Shown: positions 11,667 to 25,101 of the stretch, piece by piece
Position numbering within the stretch: the first letter of the stretch is position 1
Layout of the letters: the number at the start of each line of letters is the position of its first letter
NCBI RefSeq assembly: GCF_006345805.1
Contig: NC_043013.1
Span: 57,660,001-57,724,000, forward strand
Direction of reading: 5' to 3'
DNA from: Octopus sinensis
Lineage: Eukaryota
DNA: 64,000 nucleotides
The notes under the pieces: generated by a model
Database searches by the model: none
What the model saw: the letters and a program-made list of their open reading frames with translations, nothing else
Told to the model about the DNA's origin: nothing
Made by a program: the position numbers and the translations under genes

Positions 11667-14600
11667 ATGTACGTGGAATGGGGACGAAATGGAAACAAAT
11701 TTGTTTCCTGAACGACCTCACGACACATGGAGTGGACATAGCTATTGCAACGGAGTCCAAGATGAACGAGGCCCAAGCGTTCTCGCCTCTTCTAAATGGG
11801 TTCGAGAAATTTATTTCTCCTAGCCGAGGAAGAGGCAGAGGCGTGGCAGTCCTTATCAGGAAGAGCTTGGACTTGCAGGTAAGTACTGTCTTTCTGGACC
11901 CAGAAGGCAGGCTGGTTGTTCTGGATGTGACCCACGTAAGTAAACAGTCCTTCAGGTTGGTAGCTGTCTACGCTCCGAATGAGTGTAGGCAGACGGGTTT
12001 TTTTCGGAACCTGGAGCCCTTTTTAGCGACGTCGAAAACGGTAGTCTTAGTAGGGGACTTTAACACTGTCCTTGAAGCGCGGGTCGACAGTGTTGGCTCA
12101 ACCAATAGGAAGGGGAACCCTAGCCTCAAGGGTCTACTAGAGAGCTTTGATCTAGTGGACCGTTACCGACTGGATGAGCCGAGCGTTCCACAGTGGACGT
12201 GGAGTAACAACGACGGCTCACACAGATCGTATTTAGATAGGATATTTATTAAGAAAAGAGATAAGGATACGTTTAGTTGTCCACAGTTTCACATTGTGCC
12301 TTACACGGATCACAAATTTGTGACGTGTAGGATGCAATTAGACAAGTGTCATAGACAGGGACCCGGGTACTGGAAGCTGAACAAGGCTATTTTGAATTGT
12401 GAAGACTTCCGTACCCGGATTAAGGTGTTAGTACAGAGGGCATTGTGTGACACCATCATTAACAATAGATGGTGGCACTCCCTCAAAAGAGCCATTCGTT
12501 CAGAGTCCGTTAGATTTAGCAATCAGCTAAGGTTAGATAGGTCTAGGATAGAGGACGATTTAGTTAAGAATCTAAACGAGGCAATGGAAGCTGGCTCTGC
12601 ATCCGGAGTGATGGCGGCAAGGACGGTATTGTACCGTCACCTTAACTCCAAACACGAAGGTTGCAGAGTCAGAGCTAAGCTACGCGCTGGGAAACGAGAA
12701 GGTATTAACGTTGCCGGATGGGCCCGTCGAGTGGAGAGTCAGAGAGGTAACAAAGCCTCAATCAAGTCTTTAACTGACGAACAGGGACAAAAGATCTATG
12801 GACAGGAGGAGATGCAAAAGTTTCTTCACCAGCATTTCGCCCGCGTGTTCGGGGGTGGTGTGGCGCCGGAGCGGGGGAGGACCTTAAAGGACTTCCTAGC
12901 CGGCGGACCGCGGCTCTCGGGGCGTGAGGTGGAGTGCTGTGAAGAAGCGATCACTCCCGCGGAGATAGAGGGGATACTGGCCGGATGCGCCGGGGAGAAG
13001 TCGCCGGGGTTGGATGGTCTGCCCTACGAGTTTTACCAAAGTATGCCGGACTTGTTCGGGGGAATATTGGCAGGTGTTTACACGAACTGGCAGCAGAATG
13101 GGAGAATTCCCAGTTCTGTAAGCCGGGGAGTGGTGACGCTAATCCAGAAAGACCCGAGCAAGGGGGATAACATTAGTAACTACTGGCCCATAACTCTATT
13201 TAATGTAGAGTTAAAGATTTTGGCCAAGGTGTTGGCAAAAAGGTTGACGGTTGTCGTGGAGAAACTTGTAGGGAGAGCACAGACATGTGCAATCCCAGGC
13301 AGGTCGATCCAGGAAATCTTCACCTTATACGCTACACCTTAGATAGGGTGGGTAAATTAACCGGCAAGGGCGGGGTAATGGTCCATTTAGACCAAAGTAA
13401 AGCGTTTGATAGGGTAGACCATGAGTACCTGGCGACGGTCCTCGAAGCGGCTGGACTGGGCCCTGAATTTCGCGGGTGGATCTCCGCTATGTATAGCGGC
13501 ATCAAGTCCACCGTCCAGATAAACGGTTACCTAACGGAACCGTTTTCGATCGAATGTTCAGTTCGTCAAGGGTGCCCCTTGTCACCACTTTTGTACGTGT
13601 TGGCTCTTGAGCCATTGCTGCGAAAGTTGGAGAGGCTGGGAAGTAACTCGGATGAGATCGGAGGTGGGAGGACGGTTACTGCTTATGCGGATGACGTCAC
13701 CCTCATCGTGTCCAATGAGGCCCAGCTACCTCGTGTGGAAGAGGCTATCAGAGGATACGAGGCGGTGGCAGGAGCAAAGGTTAACAAGGACAAGTCGGTG
13801 GGCTTGCGCCTCGGCACCTGGAGGAGCAAGTCGATATCGTCCAGTGTCGTGGGACACTGGACGGATGGCCCTGTTAAGTTGCTAGGAGTTTGGTTTGGGC
13901 CAGACTCCCAAACGGAGAGGAACTGGAGTGAGGTGATGAGCAAGGTGGAGGCCATAGTACGGACCTGGTCCGGAAGGTTTCTGTCCTTGAAAGGAAGGGT
14001 GGAGGTGGTACAGATGTTCATTGCATCTGTAATCACTTACCGCCTGACCGTTGTCCCTTGCCCCGATTCATGGCTTAGCAAGTTGGAGCGAATCCTTTTC
14101 CGCTTTTTGTGGAAGGGAGGAAATCCACTTGTGAGGCGCTCCGTTTGCTGCCAGGAACCGTTAAAGGGTGGTTAGGAATGCCTTGGTTGATGATGCGCAG
14201 ATGATTGGTTGATGATGCGCATCTCTGGCACCACCTAGAGGGTGCTAAGGTGTGGAGTCCGCTGGCAGGGGAATTTTTCCCGAGACCGGCCTCCTTAGTG
14301 AATTTTAAACCCGGTCGCATCAAAAGATGGAAACTGACTTTATGGCAAAAGGAGTGCCGACAGGCACTCACGCTGATCCACAAGGCGGGCAAGGCCGGCT
14401 GCGGAAATACCACCTCGGTATTTTATAGAAGGCTGGTATAGGCAAAGAACGACGACGTCCTAGGAGGGGCTCTGGGGTTTGACGAAGACCAGCTTACCAA
14501 CCTGTTTAAAAAGACTTTCAGGACGGGGTATTTGGATAATTTCCAAAGATCCCTGGCCTGGCAGTGCTATAGGAATGCTTTACCTGTTCGCGAGAAGTTA

Positions 14601-15032
14601 TCGCGGCACGGAATTTCAGTGCCACCGACGTGTCCAAGGTGCGAGTTGGACGATGAAACCGTCCAGCACGCTTTCGTACACTGTCGGAAGTTGTCCGACT
14701 TGATAAGTTACGCAGAACACGTGTTATCGCATCTGGGACGAGTACAGCTGTCGGCTGAGTCTATGATTAAGATGATACCGCCAACTGGACTCTCGAAGGA
14801 AGGTGAGGCATGTTTTCACTGCACGGTTGCAGTAGTAAAAGAATGCATGTGGCGTACAAGAATGGAAGGAGTCGCGATAGGATCCTTTGTCTCGGGCCCC
14901 GGCTTGCTCACTTACTTCAGATATCATCTGAAGAGCAAAATGGGGCTGGAAAAGAGGATCTTACCACGGGGTGTGTATGAGAAAAGATGGAAGGAAGTGG
15001 AAAAAAAGGTGGGTGTCAGAAACCCAGCTTAA
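11645..15032 (+). pseudogene. Tx1-like ORF2 (APE endonuclease, reverse transcriptase, zinc-binding domain), frameshifted
   Basis: APE motifs NVRG, ATESK, VYAPN, GDFN, SYLDRIF, TDH. RT motifs KSPGLDGLP, LDQSKAFDRV, VRQGCPLSPLLY, AYADD. C-terminal CPRC...ETVQHAFVHC. Split across ORFs 11645-13342, 13285-14175, 14205-14441 and 14532-15032. Confidence 0.95.
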
Positions 15033-15777
15033 CTATGGAGGGAGGAGGAGAGGAAACAAAAGCTGCGGGGCCTTATAAATTGCCGGGGTTTAAAACTTCG
15101 GTAAGATCGAAAGTTTATGTAATGTTATAATATTCTATTGGTCATGTAAAGGACAATTTACAGACGAATTTTTATAATGAATAATCCAAATGTTATGGAA
15201 AATTTTTAATCGAACCTCCTAACTGTTTTTTGCATGTATGTCCTGTATTTGTCCTTCTATGTAACGATTGTATAATCAAAATAAAGAAATATGGAGTAGA
15301 TAAAAGGCATTTTTTCAAGATGTATGTGAATTTGACCTGTGGAAATCTGTTTATTTATGAACGTTGGACGTACTTCTAAAAGGTAAGTAAAAGGCTTTTT
15401 CGAATATTTTTTCAAATATTTAAAAACAAAAAATTAATCAAAAAAGAATATTTTAATCGTCTGATAAAAATGTTTTAGCCAGTGGATATTTATTTTATTT
15501 TTACCTGTAATTTTTGTACAGGTATTATTGGTTATTTTTTTATATATGCTTAAATGTTTCAGGGGTGATATAGTATATAAAGTCGTTCGATAACCAATGC
15601 TTTAGATATATAATTATATATATGCAAATTGAGATAGGGGTTGTAAATGCAACCCTCCATGGGATAACATATATCCAACATACTGCTAGTGAAGTACCCA
15701 ACAAAGTTATGCAATCAATTCATTTACTGTATTATATGGGCAAAGGTAAAATGATTTACCACAAATTACTAATACTA

Positions 15778-16943
15778 GATAAGAAAATGGAGAAATACAT
15801 CTAAATCAAATATCAATTACCAGATAATACTCAATCACATACTTTATTAAAACACCACATAAGAGACTGTAGGGTTAAACATAAAAAAGCAGAACAAATC
15901 AGTGTACACAAAGGAATGTACATAAAAAAGTGTACATAAAAGAGTAATGTTGTATAATAAGTAGAATATATATAAAAAAGAGAATATAAGTATATATTAC
16001 TTCTTAGTGAATGTGTAGCGATGTGTCGGGGTTTACTCATGTGTGTGCATGTGTGTGTGGGTCTTTATGTGGACGTGTGAGTTTAGGGTTGGATGTGGGT
16101 GTGTATGTTTTTCTTGTGCGGTGTGGGGGCGGCTCTCAACAGACCAACCATGAGGAAGGCAATGATAATTTAAATTCAAATCCAATAGTGTATTTATGTC
16201 ATAAGGAAAACTACTGAATGGAACCCGGACATACATGTGTGCCACTTTGGATCCTAACGTAAGCGATATTAACAATATTATGAATGATAATGATGGTAGC
16301 ATTAATGGTATTGACAACGATAATGATGCTAACTTTAATGACACTTTGGAAATTAGTAGGAAGTAATATAATGTACTATTGACTCTGTATATTTGCATCT
16401 AGGTACTAATATGTGTATGTTTATTATCACAATATTAAGTTGAAAAACTGAAACATTGAGTGTGGAACATATATATGTTTACTAATTTATATTATTTATT
16501 TACATTATTATGTATATGTATATTTTTATATCTATAGGAGTGTGAGTATATGCACTCATATGTATATGTATATCTCCGAAGAGGCCTTATGATACTTTTG
16601 TAAATGTCTCATTTATATCCATATATTGACCTACCATAAAAGGCTAATATTGGTAAAATGAGACATACTTATCTACAGGTCGAAACAGCTGTAAGAAGTA
16701 ATCTATACTTATATTTATATTTACTTATATTTATATTCTCTTTTTTATATATATTTTACTTATTATACAACATTACTCTTTTATGTACACTTTTTTATGT
16801 ACATTCCTTTGTGTACACTGATTTGTTCTGCTTTTTTATGTTTAACTCTACAGTCTCTTATGTGGTGGCTTAATAAAGTATGTGATTGAGTATTATCTGA
16901 TAATTGATATTTGATTTAGATGTATTTCTCCATTTTCTTATCT
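15778..16943. repeat. Long inverted repeat, arms about 15778-16006 and 16692-16943, probably Penelope pseudo-LTR derived
   Basis: agataagaaaatggagaaatac...attacttctta is the reverse complement of taagaagtaat...catttttcttatct-type sequence in the right arm, with few substitutions and a short duplication in the right arm; spacer about 685 bp. Confidence 0.9.
16573..16696 (+). ncRNA. Type I hammerhead ribozyme motif, degenerate at U4
   Basis: tct-CCGAAGA(16576-82)-GGCC...GGTC-GAAA(16682-85)-C-AGCT-GTA^-aga. The stem II insert carries an 11-bp helix atgtctcattt/aaatgagacat. Confidence 0.65.
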
Positions 16944-16974
16944 TGTTTTAATTATATATATATATATATATAAT

Positions 16975-17640
16975 ATTATTACAAATTTGGGATTTTACAA
17001 ATAGAACCGCAACTTCCATTTCAGGAGCAGCCATTTACACAGGAATGAGGAGTATCCTTCCTTATTTAAAAAATGGTAATTTATACTTGTATAGATAGGG
17101 GTAAATCTTACACTAAATTATTAATTCCCGTAATGTTTATATAGATAGGTTGTAGGATTTGATGTGTTTATAATAAAGTCGTTGAGGGTTTCCTTAGGTT
17201 TAGCATTTTCGTTATATAATCGGTGTTGTAATTTCAGGTGTTTAATTTTTTAAATTAAAAAAAATTAATTTGTGTAATTTTCTAATTTTCAAAGATATAT
17301 TTGCAATTTATATATTTTTATTATATTTTTATTCATATTACTTTTTCTATTCAAGATGACTTATATGTATTTTAAACCTTGATCCATTAATAATAATAAC
17401 AAAACAGTCTGGGAAGGCACGGGTGGATTTAAAAATCTTCTTTTCTCACAGACTAATAACAGGTAAGTGATATTGATTTTTTTTTTCAAATATTTTTGCA
17501 AATATATTGTATTTTACAGTAGGTTTTTTAATTGCTTCTATTTATTGGATATAACTTTCTATGTGTGTTCCATACAATAAGGTTATCCTGAAATAGGAGT
17601 TGCAGTTCTATCGGTAAAATCCCGAATTTGTAATATTATA
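16975..17640. mobile_element. MITE with about 50-bp terminal inverted repeats in a TA context
   Basis: ttacaaatttgggattttacaaatagaaccgcaacttccatttcagga (16979-17026) versus tcctgaaataggagttgcagttctatcggtaaaatcccgaatttgtaa (17586-17633). Confidence 0.75.
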
Positions 17641-18921
17641 AATGATACTGTTTACATTGCGTTAGTAAAGTGTAAAATAGCAAATGTCCTGATAACCTGG
17701 GATAGTTATTATTCCTTAGGATCTTAGAAATAGTTATATACATATACCGAAACCTGAAATATTTAACTGTGGTTCTATTTAGCCCCTACCACCCCACTCA
17801 ATGTTTAGCAGATTCTGTCACAAGAATCGAGTCAGGTCTCTTCATTGCGAGTATAACATCCTCCCACCGAGAAGTTCTGTTCGCTGCTCTTCTTGTTCTA
17901 TTCTATGAAAGTCATAAAAGCGGTTATCAAAATAAGTTTGAATATTAATGGAGTTGTGATCAACCGTTGTCTTGCTTAAAAAAGAATTGCCCTCGAAAGT
18001 GTCTCCAGCCATATATTTCATATGATAGAGGCTGAATACACTAAGCTTATTGTTCGTTGCTATAATAAAATGAAAGTATAATGTAATCTATTTTTCTTCA
18101 AAGTCAGACGTTTTGAGTGTTGTTGTATAAATATAAATATTTATCTGAATATTGAAACAGATGCTGTATATGTTAATAGCAATATTTCACTTAGAAGAGG
18201 AAAAAAATCATGAATCTCATCTTATACTTTCAGTGAATATCTTATATAAGCCAACACGATTTTCTTGTTTATACATTTGCCAATTGAGGAAGGAAAGAAA
18301 AATATATATTCAACCCCTCCCTCTCCATTTCCGCTTGTGTTGTAGATCCTTACATATTTTACACTGGAGTTATTGCTACCCTTTAACAGACGTAGTTTTT
18401 CGTTGAAAACCAATATTTTTACTTGGTGTCTGAAGGAAACAAATAGATCTGTAGAACTGCCGTTTTTAGCTAATTTCTAATTCCACGATCCGTAATTAGG
18501 CGCGCGGAGTAACATATATATCTGCCATTACGAGCTCACGTATTTCATGTTTTCACATACGTTTACCGAAATTACCATGAACTCCGTGAATATTTCCTAT
18601 GCAAAGGATTTTTAATGTTTACTTTTGTCTACGTCCTTGAATGAGGCCTGGAGTAACCTGATATATAAGGATCATATAACCCAAATTAAGGGCACTGCCA
18701 TTAATTTACATTTGAACTCTACATGAAAGGTGTCGAACTCTGTACGACAAAATTACGAAGTATTTAATGATATTAGTGTGTGATGTTTGTTAAGCTCATT
18801 TTGCAACCGAGTTAATTGGAAATTAAGGATATAAAGATGGTAGAATACAAATATTTCACGTATTAGCTTACAGGTAATATAAACAAAGAAATGATTTGAA
18901 TTTTACTTTGAAGTACATTGG

Positions 18922-19088
18922 CAGTAATTCCTAGACTATAGCAGGTATTACGTTCCAGAAACACCCGCGATAGGTGTCAATCCGCGAAGTAGAAACAGTA
19001 CTGTATTTTCCTTTTATTTTTATTATTTGTATATATTTATTTTATTATAAATGCAAAAGTACACCACGGAGTAATCGAGGGATTACTG
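18922..19088. mobile_element. Tigger/pogo-like MITE, about 167 bp
   Basis: Ends cagtaattcctagacta and taatcgagggattactg|ta; internal ccgcgataggtg...atccgcgaagtag is Tigger-like. Confidence 0.6.
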
Positions 19089-20847
19089 TACTCAATAGAG
19101 TCAAGAGGAATAACTGAAATATAAAATAATTATGAATTAGATGAAGGGGTGACTTATAATTGGATGCCGAATTGGTATATGGCAAATGCAATGCCAGTTG
19201 CCGGGAAACTTGTGGTATTCAAGGTGTCGATATAGCCGTGATGGTCACCTGTAGGCCGTTATGAAGTGTCAAATGAAGTTTCAATGAATACATATTGAGA
19301 ACCCGCCATTCTTTTGGCCTATTCAATTACAGCTTTGTCTTCTTCGAATGAAATAATTCCGTGATGATAATCACACTGCTTGTTACCTTTGATTATTTAC
19401 AATCCTTAGAGGGGGGTGGGTTGTCTGTTAATTTCAAGGATAATAGGCGCAGAATTTTGATACGTCATATCATATACCTGAAATTATAGTATGTTTGCAC
19501 ATAAATATAAATATACTCACAATCTCAGACATACATACGCATATAAATATGAACACACACACGCACACTCGTATATGTCCTCATCATGCAGCACTCTTCT
19601 TTCAATTATTTTTCGTTTTGATTATTCTTCATATCTTCATCAAGATCGATATAGTTACATTATTTCTATCTGTACTTCGTCCTTTTCCAGTATCCCCAGC
19701 TAATGTGAATACGATTCAGTAATGAGCATTAACAAGGTCGAAACATCTTTGCTTTCGCCAGTCTGTTCAGTGACAAGACCTACTCCCATCAGTCTTTATT
19801 TTGGTAAAGTTTCAAATGTCTATATTCTTTGTTAGATTTTATATTTCAAACATGTCTAGAAGAATATTTTGTAATCTAATTGCTTAGGCAATCCGAGTTA
19901 ATAAATATTTTTCAAATTACTGTACACACATTTAGAAGCGTATCGACCTTATTAAGCTCTTTCTGTGTCAATAAATCAATTTAATATATTCATCCCCAGC
20001 AGCTGAAATCTTTCCCTTCATTTATTTATGTATGGTTGATATACAGCATTAGATTTCTTATGAAGCGCGGGAGAGATACACAGCATCTTATACAGTCACG
20101 CATCCTTAATGATAGTAATCATATATCGCGTAGATTGCGAAAATTCCTCATATATCTTGCTATTGTCTCTAAAGTGGAAATTACATACAGCAAGATGTAA
20201 ATGTTAAGACAAGAAACATAGGAGATCGTATATCTTGCATTTCCATCCAAACAGCGAAGATCTATTAAATCCAATTTATTGTTGGTTCAGTGAATGGTGA
20301 ATACATGTTCATATTTCGAAATGAAGTGAAACGTGCAGATTGAAAGATTAAGTGTGAGAGACAATAAATATATCTACCGAATTAATATATTTTCTCCACA
20401 AACACAGAATACTTTGCTCTTACGAAGGAGCTTATACTAATCACTTAAATTGCTTTCTATAGCAGTCAAGTCAAATTCCCCTCAAATACTGAGCTTGGCT
20501 TTTAATGTACGATTAAAGAACTTTATATCAGTTATGATGTTTGATTGTTTGGTCGTATTCTGATTCCATTCTCTTATAACCAACTGGGGTGCTTTGAGAG
20601 TATTCAAGGGAATGATATGAATTCGACTCCGAACAAATATTTTCACAGATGTTTATCTTTGCTATTTTCCCTCCACTAAGAAATTCCAGGATAATGATAC
20701 GATGCTAAGGCCGTTGATGCTTTGTTATAAACTTAATACAGCTTCGCTGTTGACTTTCAGACATCTAGAGATTGCGTCGCAAAAATATATGTATAGAAAG
20801 AATTATTGAGCAATATATATATACATATATATATATATTATATATAT

Positions 20848-20921
<74 letters not shown>

Positions 20922-20944
20922 ACATACATACAATGTGACCACGT

Positions 20945-21140
20945 GTGTATCGTTGGCGATTTTCTTTCTCCGTTTTCCCTTCCTTGGACTTTCCATTTTT
21001 CTATGTTTCTAACGAAGATCTCCGCTCGAAACGTTAGATCCTCCTTCTTTCTTTCGTTTCCTGAGCGTCCAATAACACTATACTTGTTCCACGTCCTCGC
21101 GTTGTTGTGTTTTCTCTTTGTTCATGTTTGGATTAACTAT
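20945..21140 (+). mobile_element. Penelope pseudo-LTR-type short repeat with degenerate minimal hammerhead (21005-21039)
   Basis: gttt-CTAACGA-A-GATC-tcc-GCTC-GAAA-CGTT-agat inside a pyrimidine-rich repeat bordered by (TA)n. Confidence 0.5.
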
Positions 21141-21166
21141 ATATATATATATACCTTTTGTTAATT

Positions 21167-21557
21167 GTTTCAGTCATTAAACCGCAGTGAAGATGGGGCG
21201 CCACCTTGAAAGCTTTTAAGTGGAACGAATCAACTACAGGACTTTTTAAAGCCTGGTGCTCATTCTATTGAGCTCTCTTAGCGAACCGCTAATTTATAAA
21301 GACGTAAAGTCAAGACTGGGTGTCAAGCGGTGGTTGGAGACAGAAGGACAAAAAGAGACTCAAAACACACACACACACATACTCATACACACATACGTAC
21401 ATAATTACGACGGGCTATTTTCAGTTTCCGTCTATCAAATCCATCCAATGGTTTGGTCGACCGGAAGCTATAGCAGCGGAAATTTGCCAAAGTGTCACGT
21501 TGTGGAACTGAACCCGGAACCATGTGGTTGAGAAGCAGCCTCATCTCACAGCTACGC
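21167..21557 (-). mobile_element. tRNA-derived SINE, family B, near full length
   Basis: Minus-strand head with ggttccgggttcagttccac B-box-like motif; internal (CA)n; same blocks as 8180-8525. Confidence 0.85.
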
Positions 21558-24500
21558 TGCTTTGTGGCATAAAAGATTGACATTGCATTTGTAGTAAAGT
21601 TAGAATATATTGGTTCTGTATTCCACACATGTAATCTGGATCATGTTCAAGAATGTTTCCATGGTGATTATATATGAAATCTAAAAGAATCTGCTGTCAT
21701 AATCAATTAGAGGACAATTTGGGGTTTTCGGTTTGGTACGTAAATTTGTTTAGAAGAAAAGCAAGTAATATAATTGTGGCGAAGGTTAATTACTTCTGCT
21801 TAAGTTGTCAATACATAGAAATAATACGAATGATATAAAGGAAATATCTTGGACACCATATTTGATAAGATATCGTTCTGAAAGAACATATCACAATCTG
21901 TTATATTTTATTTATCGTATCAATCTTCACCTGATTCAATCTTTAATATTTAACACTTTAATATTGAGGAGTTTTTAATCATAATTCCAGAACTTGTTGA
22001 ATAACTATCAGCACGGTTTAGTGTCAGGAATTATTTTCGTGTATCTTTTGTTATTGTCGTCTACCACTTGCTATTGTCATCTGCCGCATGTTATTGTTGA
22101 GTGTTACATCCTATTGATATCTAGCGCTTCTTACTGTCGAGTAGCACTCTTTCATGTCGAGTACCACTATTGTCGTGAACCACCTTTTATTCTCCAGTAT
22201 TATTTACTACTGATATCTACCATTTATTATTGTTGGATACCATTTGTCATTTTTGAAAACCACACGCTATTAATGACACGTGCCAAACTTGTTAATTTAA
22301 TACAGTCATGTTACGTAAATATTTCTGTCTCGAATACCATCTTCTTTATATTAAAGACGCAGGAGAGTTTGTTGAGTGGTTGCTGTATTGTTAATTTCAA
22401 GTGAACTTGGAGTGCTTCACTGTGTGGTAGTGGTGACATATCTAAACTTTTAAAGATGAAGTGAATCTTCAATAATTATCCAAACTATAGAAGCAATGGG
22501 ATTTTCTTTACATTAGGCAGTCTCTTGTGTATGTGACTATTTTTGAAAGTTATATAATATCTTTATTATTTAATTTTATTTTTTCTTGGAATATTTCTGA
22601 ATTTAATTTGCTGGAAAATACTGCAGAGACAGGTTGTTGAAATTTTAGAAACTCAATTTACTGTGTATTTTAAACAACATGCATCAAGTTTGCATGTATT
22701 GAAAGAGGTTAATTTTCATAGAATTGAATCTCATATCAAGTTGTTTACAACTATTCAACACAAACGGTGAAAGTTTAAACTTTTTATCGTTTACACAGAC
22801 AAATTATAAAAATAATGAATTCATTTAAAAAAGAATATAGTTGTATTGTAACTCTTATTTAAAACTGTGTTAAAAATGTTTTCCTTCCTGAAATTCGAAG
22901 AAAATTATTATTTTAAGCTTGTCGTCCGTTCTGTATGTTGACATGATGCTTCATTGAACCTGGAAGGGGCAAGACAAATATTCAAATATAAGAATGAGCA
23001 TTTCCACAGTTTCATCGTCAAATCGTGAATATGTTTGACATTTCTAGAATGTCAAGATTTAACTGCGTGTAATTATACTTGCACACCTGACATGGAACAT
23101 CATAACAATTTCCTCTGAAACAATATTTCCTCTTCTTCTCTATTTAACTGTCAGTTGGATGGGTTTCACACTCTATCATATGAAATATCAAGAAGAAAAG
23201 ACAAGTTGATTTCATTTAAGCATTCTTTTCAGAACACGTGTCTTCCATGTAATTAAAACTTTATTACAAATAACATATTACGCTAAAAATGTATAAATAA
23301 AAACCATAAACCCATTAAATAATCTGTAAAATCGACATTATTTCATGATAATGTTTTTAAAATCACAATTATATTTGTGTTATAAAATATTTTAGAAAGA
23401 AACTATTTTCATAACACTTACTGATACCCTTCTTGATTCTCCTTTTTCCCGTATACCGTTGTTTATATCCTGTAGCAAAAGTCTATAATATCTCTTCCTT
23501 GCTTTTTCTTCCTTATCATAATTATATGCTATATTCGACATAACATTTAAATACGCTGCAGATACACATACAATAGATTATTCCTTGTTACATTAATCTT
23601 TATCGTAGTGAGTTTTTTTTCTAATCTCATAATTTGCAAATAATTCCTATAATGGTAATGCTTTATCTTAGATTAATGTTCAGTGTTGGCACTACCTAAT
23701 TTGTTACTGAATACGTGATGTTTATATTTCAAACAACACAAAATATCTAAACAAAACAATACAGAATACTAAAAGGTATTGTATATCCATTTATTAATTT
23801 CAATGCATGTCAAAGTTGAATTGTTCAATTTTCAATATGATACAGACACTTTACCACTTGAAATAGCTTTTAATGATTTACATTTTCAAAATGTTATCTT
23901 ATTTATTTGTCGAAATTCACAAACATTTATTACTTGGGATTTGATAGGAAATCGTCCCATCTTTGCTTTAAAGATGGCAACTTAAGTGATGAAGAATTAT
24001 AGAAAGAGTTATTTCCCCCAGGAATTAAACATTACAGAAGTCGGTGTAAATGATTAAGTTATCTATTGTATATTTGCTGTTTTCATATTTTTTAAATTGT
24101 CAACTGTCTTCAAGTAATTAATTTATGGTACCAAATTAGCTAATTGAACATATGATAATGTTCTTACTGCTGTTTCACCGACATTTCAGTCTTGATCAAA
24201 GACACTTATGGTCGAAGTGCAACATTGACAGTCTCGACTTATTCAGACACGCTGTATCTACAGTTACATAATTAAATACGTCCTTTTTTAAGACTTGCTT
24301 GCGCTAGCTAGCAGGTTACGTTACAGAGAAAGGGCTTCCATATGGAGCCAGTGCTATAGTTTGGAATAATATATATATATGGCGTGTGTTCCCAATATTT
24401 AGGAAATAAAGAATTAATCCTAGAATTAGGGAAAATTGGAATAGTATATTTGTCTGAGAATATACTGAAGCTTATCAAATGTTATAAACAAAGTGAATCT

Positions 24501-25101
24501 GTGGCTGATATTTGTTAAACAAGTTCATATATCCTGTGCTGCAATTAAATCAATTCCAGGAAAGCAGCGAAATTTCAAACTCGAATTCTTCGTTTAAATG
24601 TGTTGTCGGACTCCAAGTGTTTAGTTAGTCCTGCTGTTATGATTTGTGAATTTGATGTCAGGCCAACCAACATAAAAGAAATTTCTCACTCATAAACTTA
24701 CCATGTGCTGTAGCGTGTCACAGACTAACAGCAACATGAACCATTCTCTTCTTCCTTACACTGATGAAGTATTTCCTTTGCAGATACTGACATACTTGTA
24801 CCAAATGGCAACATGCCTCCGTAAATATGCATGTACAATTAGTGCATCCTGATATTACGCTTCTAAGACCAATTCATAATCATAAAATGTAGGTCACAAA
24901 ATGGCAAAGAAAAGTCATTCGATAGTCAATATTACCATAAAAAAAGGAAACAATCACATCATCGGATGTATTGAGTTTACGTGATGGCGCATAAATGGGA
25001 ATCAGCGTTTAAAATGAAAACCCATCTTCTCTTCCATGTACCACATGCAAACATACATAAATATCAGAAATATGTGAGTATTATATATACATGTATATAT
25101 G

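Larger units (their letters stand above)
10500..15290 (+). mobile_element. Tx1/L1-clade LINE, near full length, decayed; 5' boundary uncertain
   Basis: ORF1 with CCHC knuckle; ORF2 with APE endonuclease, RT and C-terminal zinc motif; 3' UTR with AATAAA at 15280-15285. Confidence 0.92.

Noticed and set aside
11645-15032. Intact active LINE ORF2
   Set aside because: At least three frameshifts or stops split the ORF, so it is treated as a pseudogene unless these are sequencing errors.
19150-19265. YGKCNASCRET peptide resembling a Tc1-like transposase N-terminus
   Set aside because: Too short and degenerate; no TIR or catalytic motifs nearby.
24761-24800. CTGATGA-AGTAT...ATACT-GACA hammerhead-like string
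   Set aside because: GACA replaces GAAA and no stem I can form; likely chance.
24696-24820. Possible host exon signals (minus-strand ATG|GTAAGT at 24696-24704; plus-strand acceptor tttcctttgcag at 24783)
   Set aside because: No recognisable protein or partner exon; such signals occur by chance in 64 kb.
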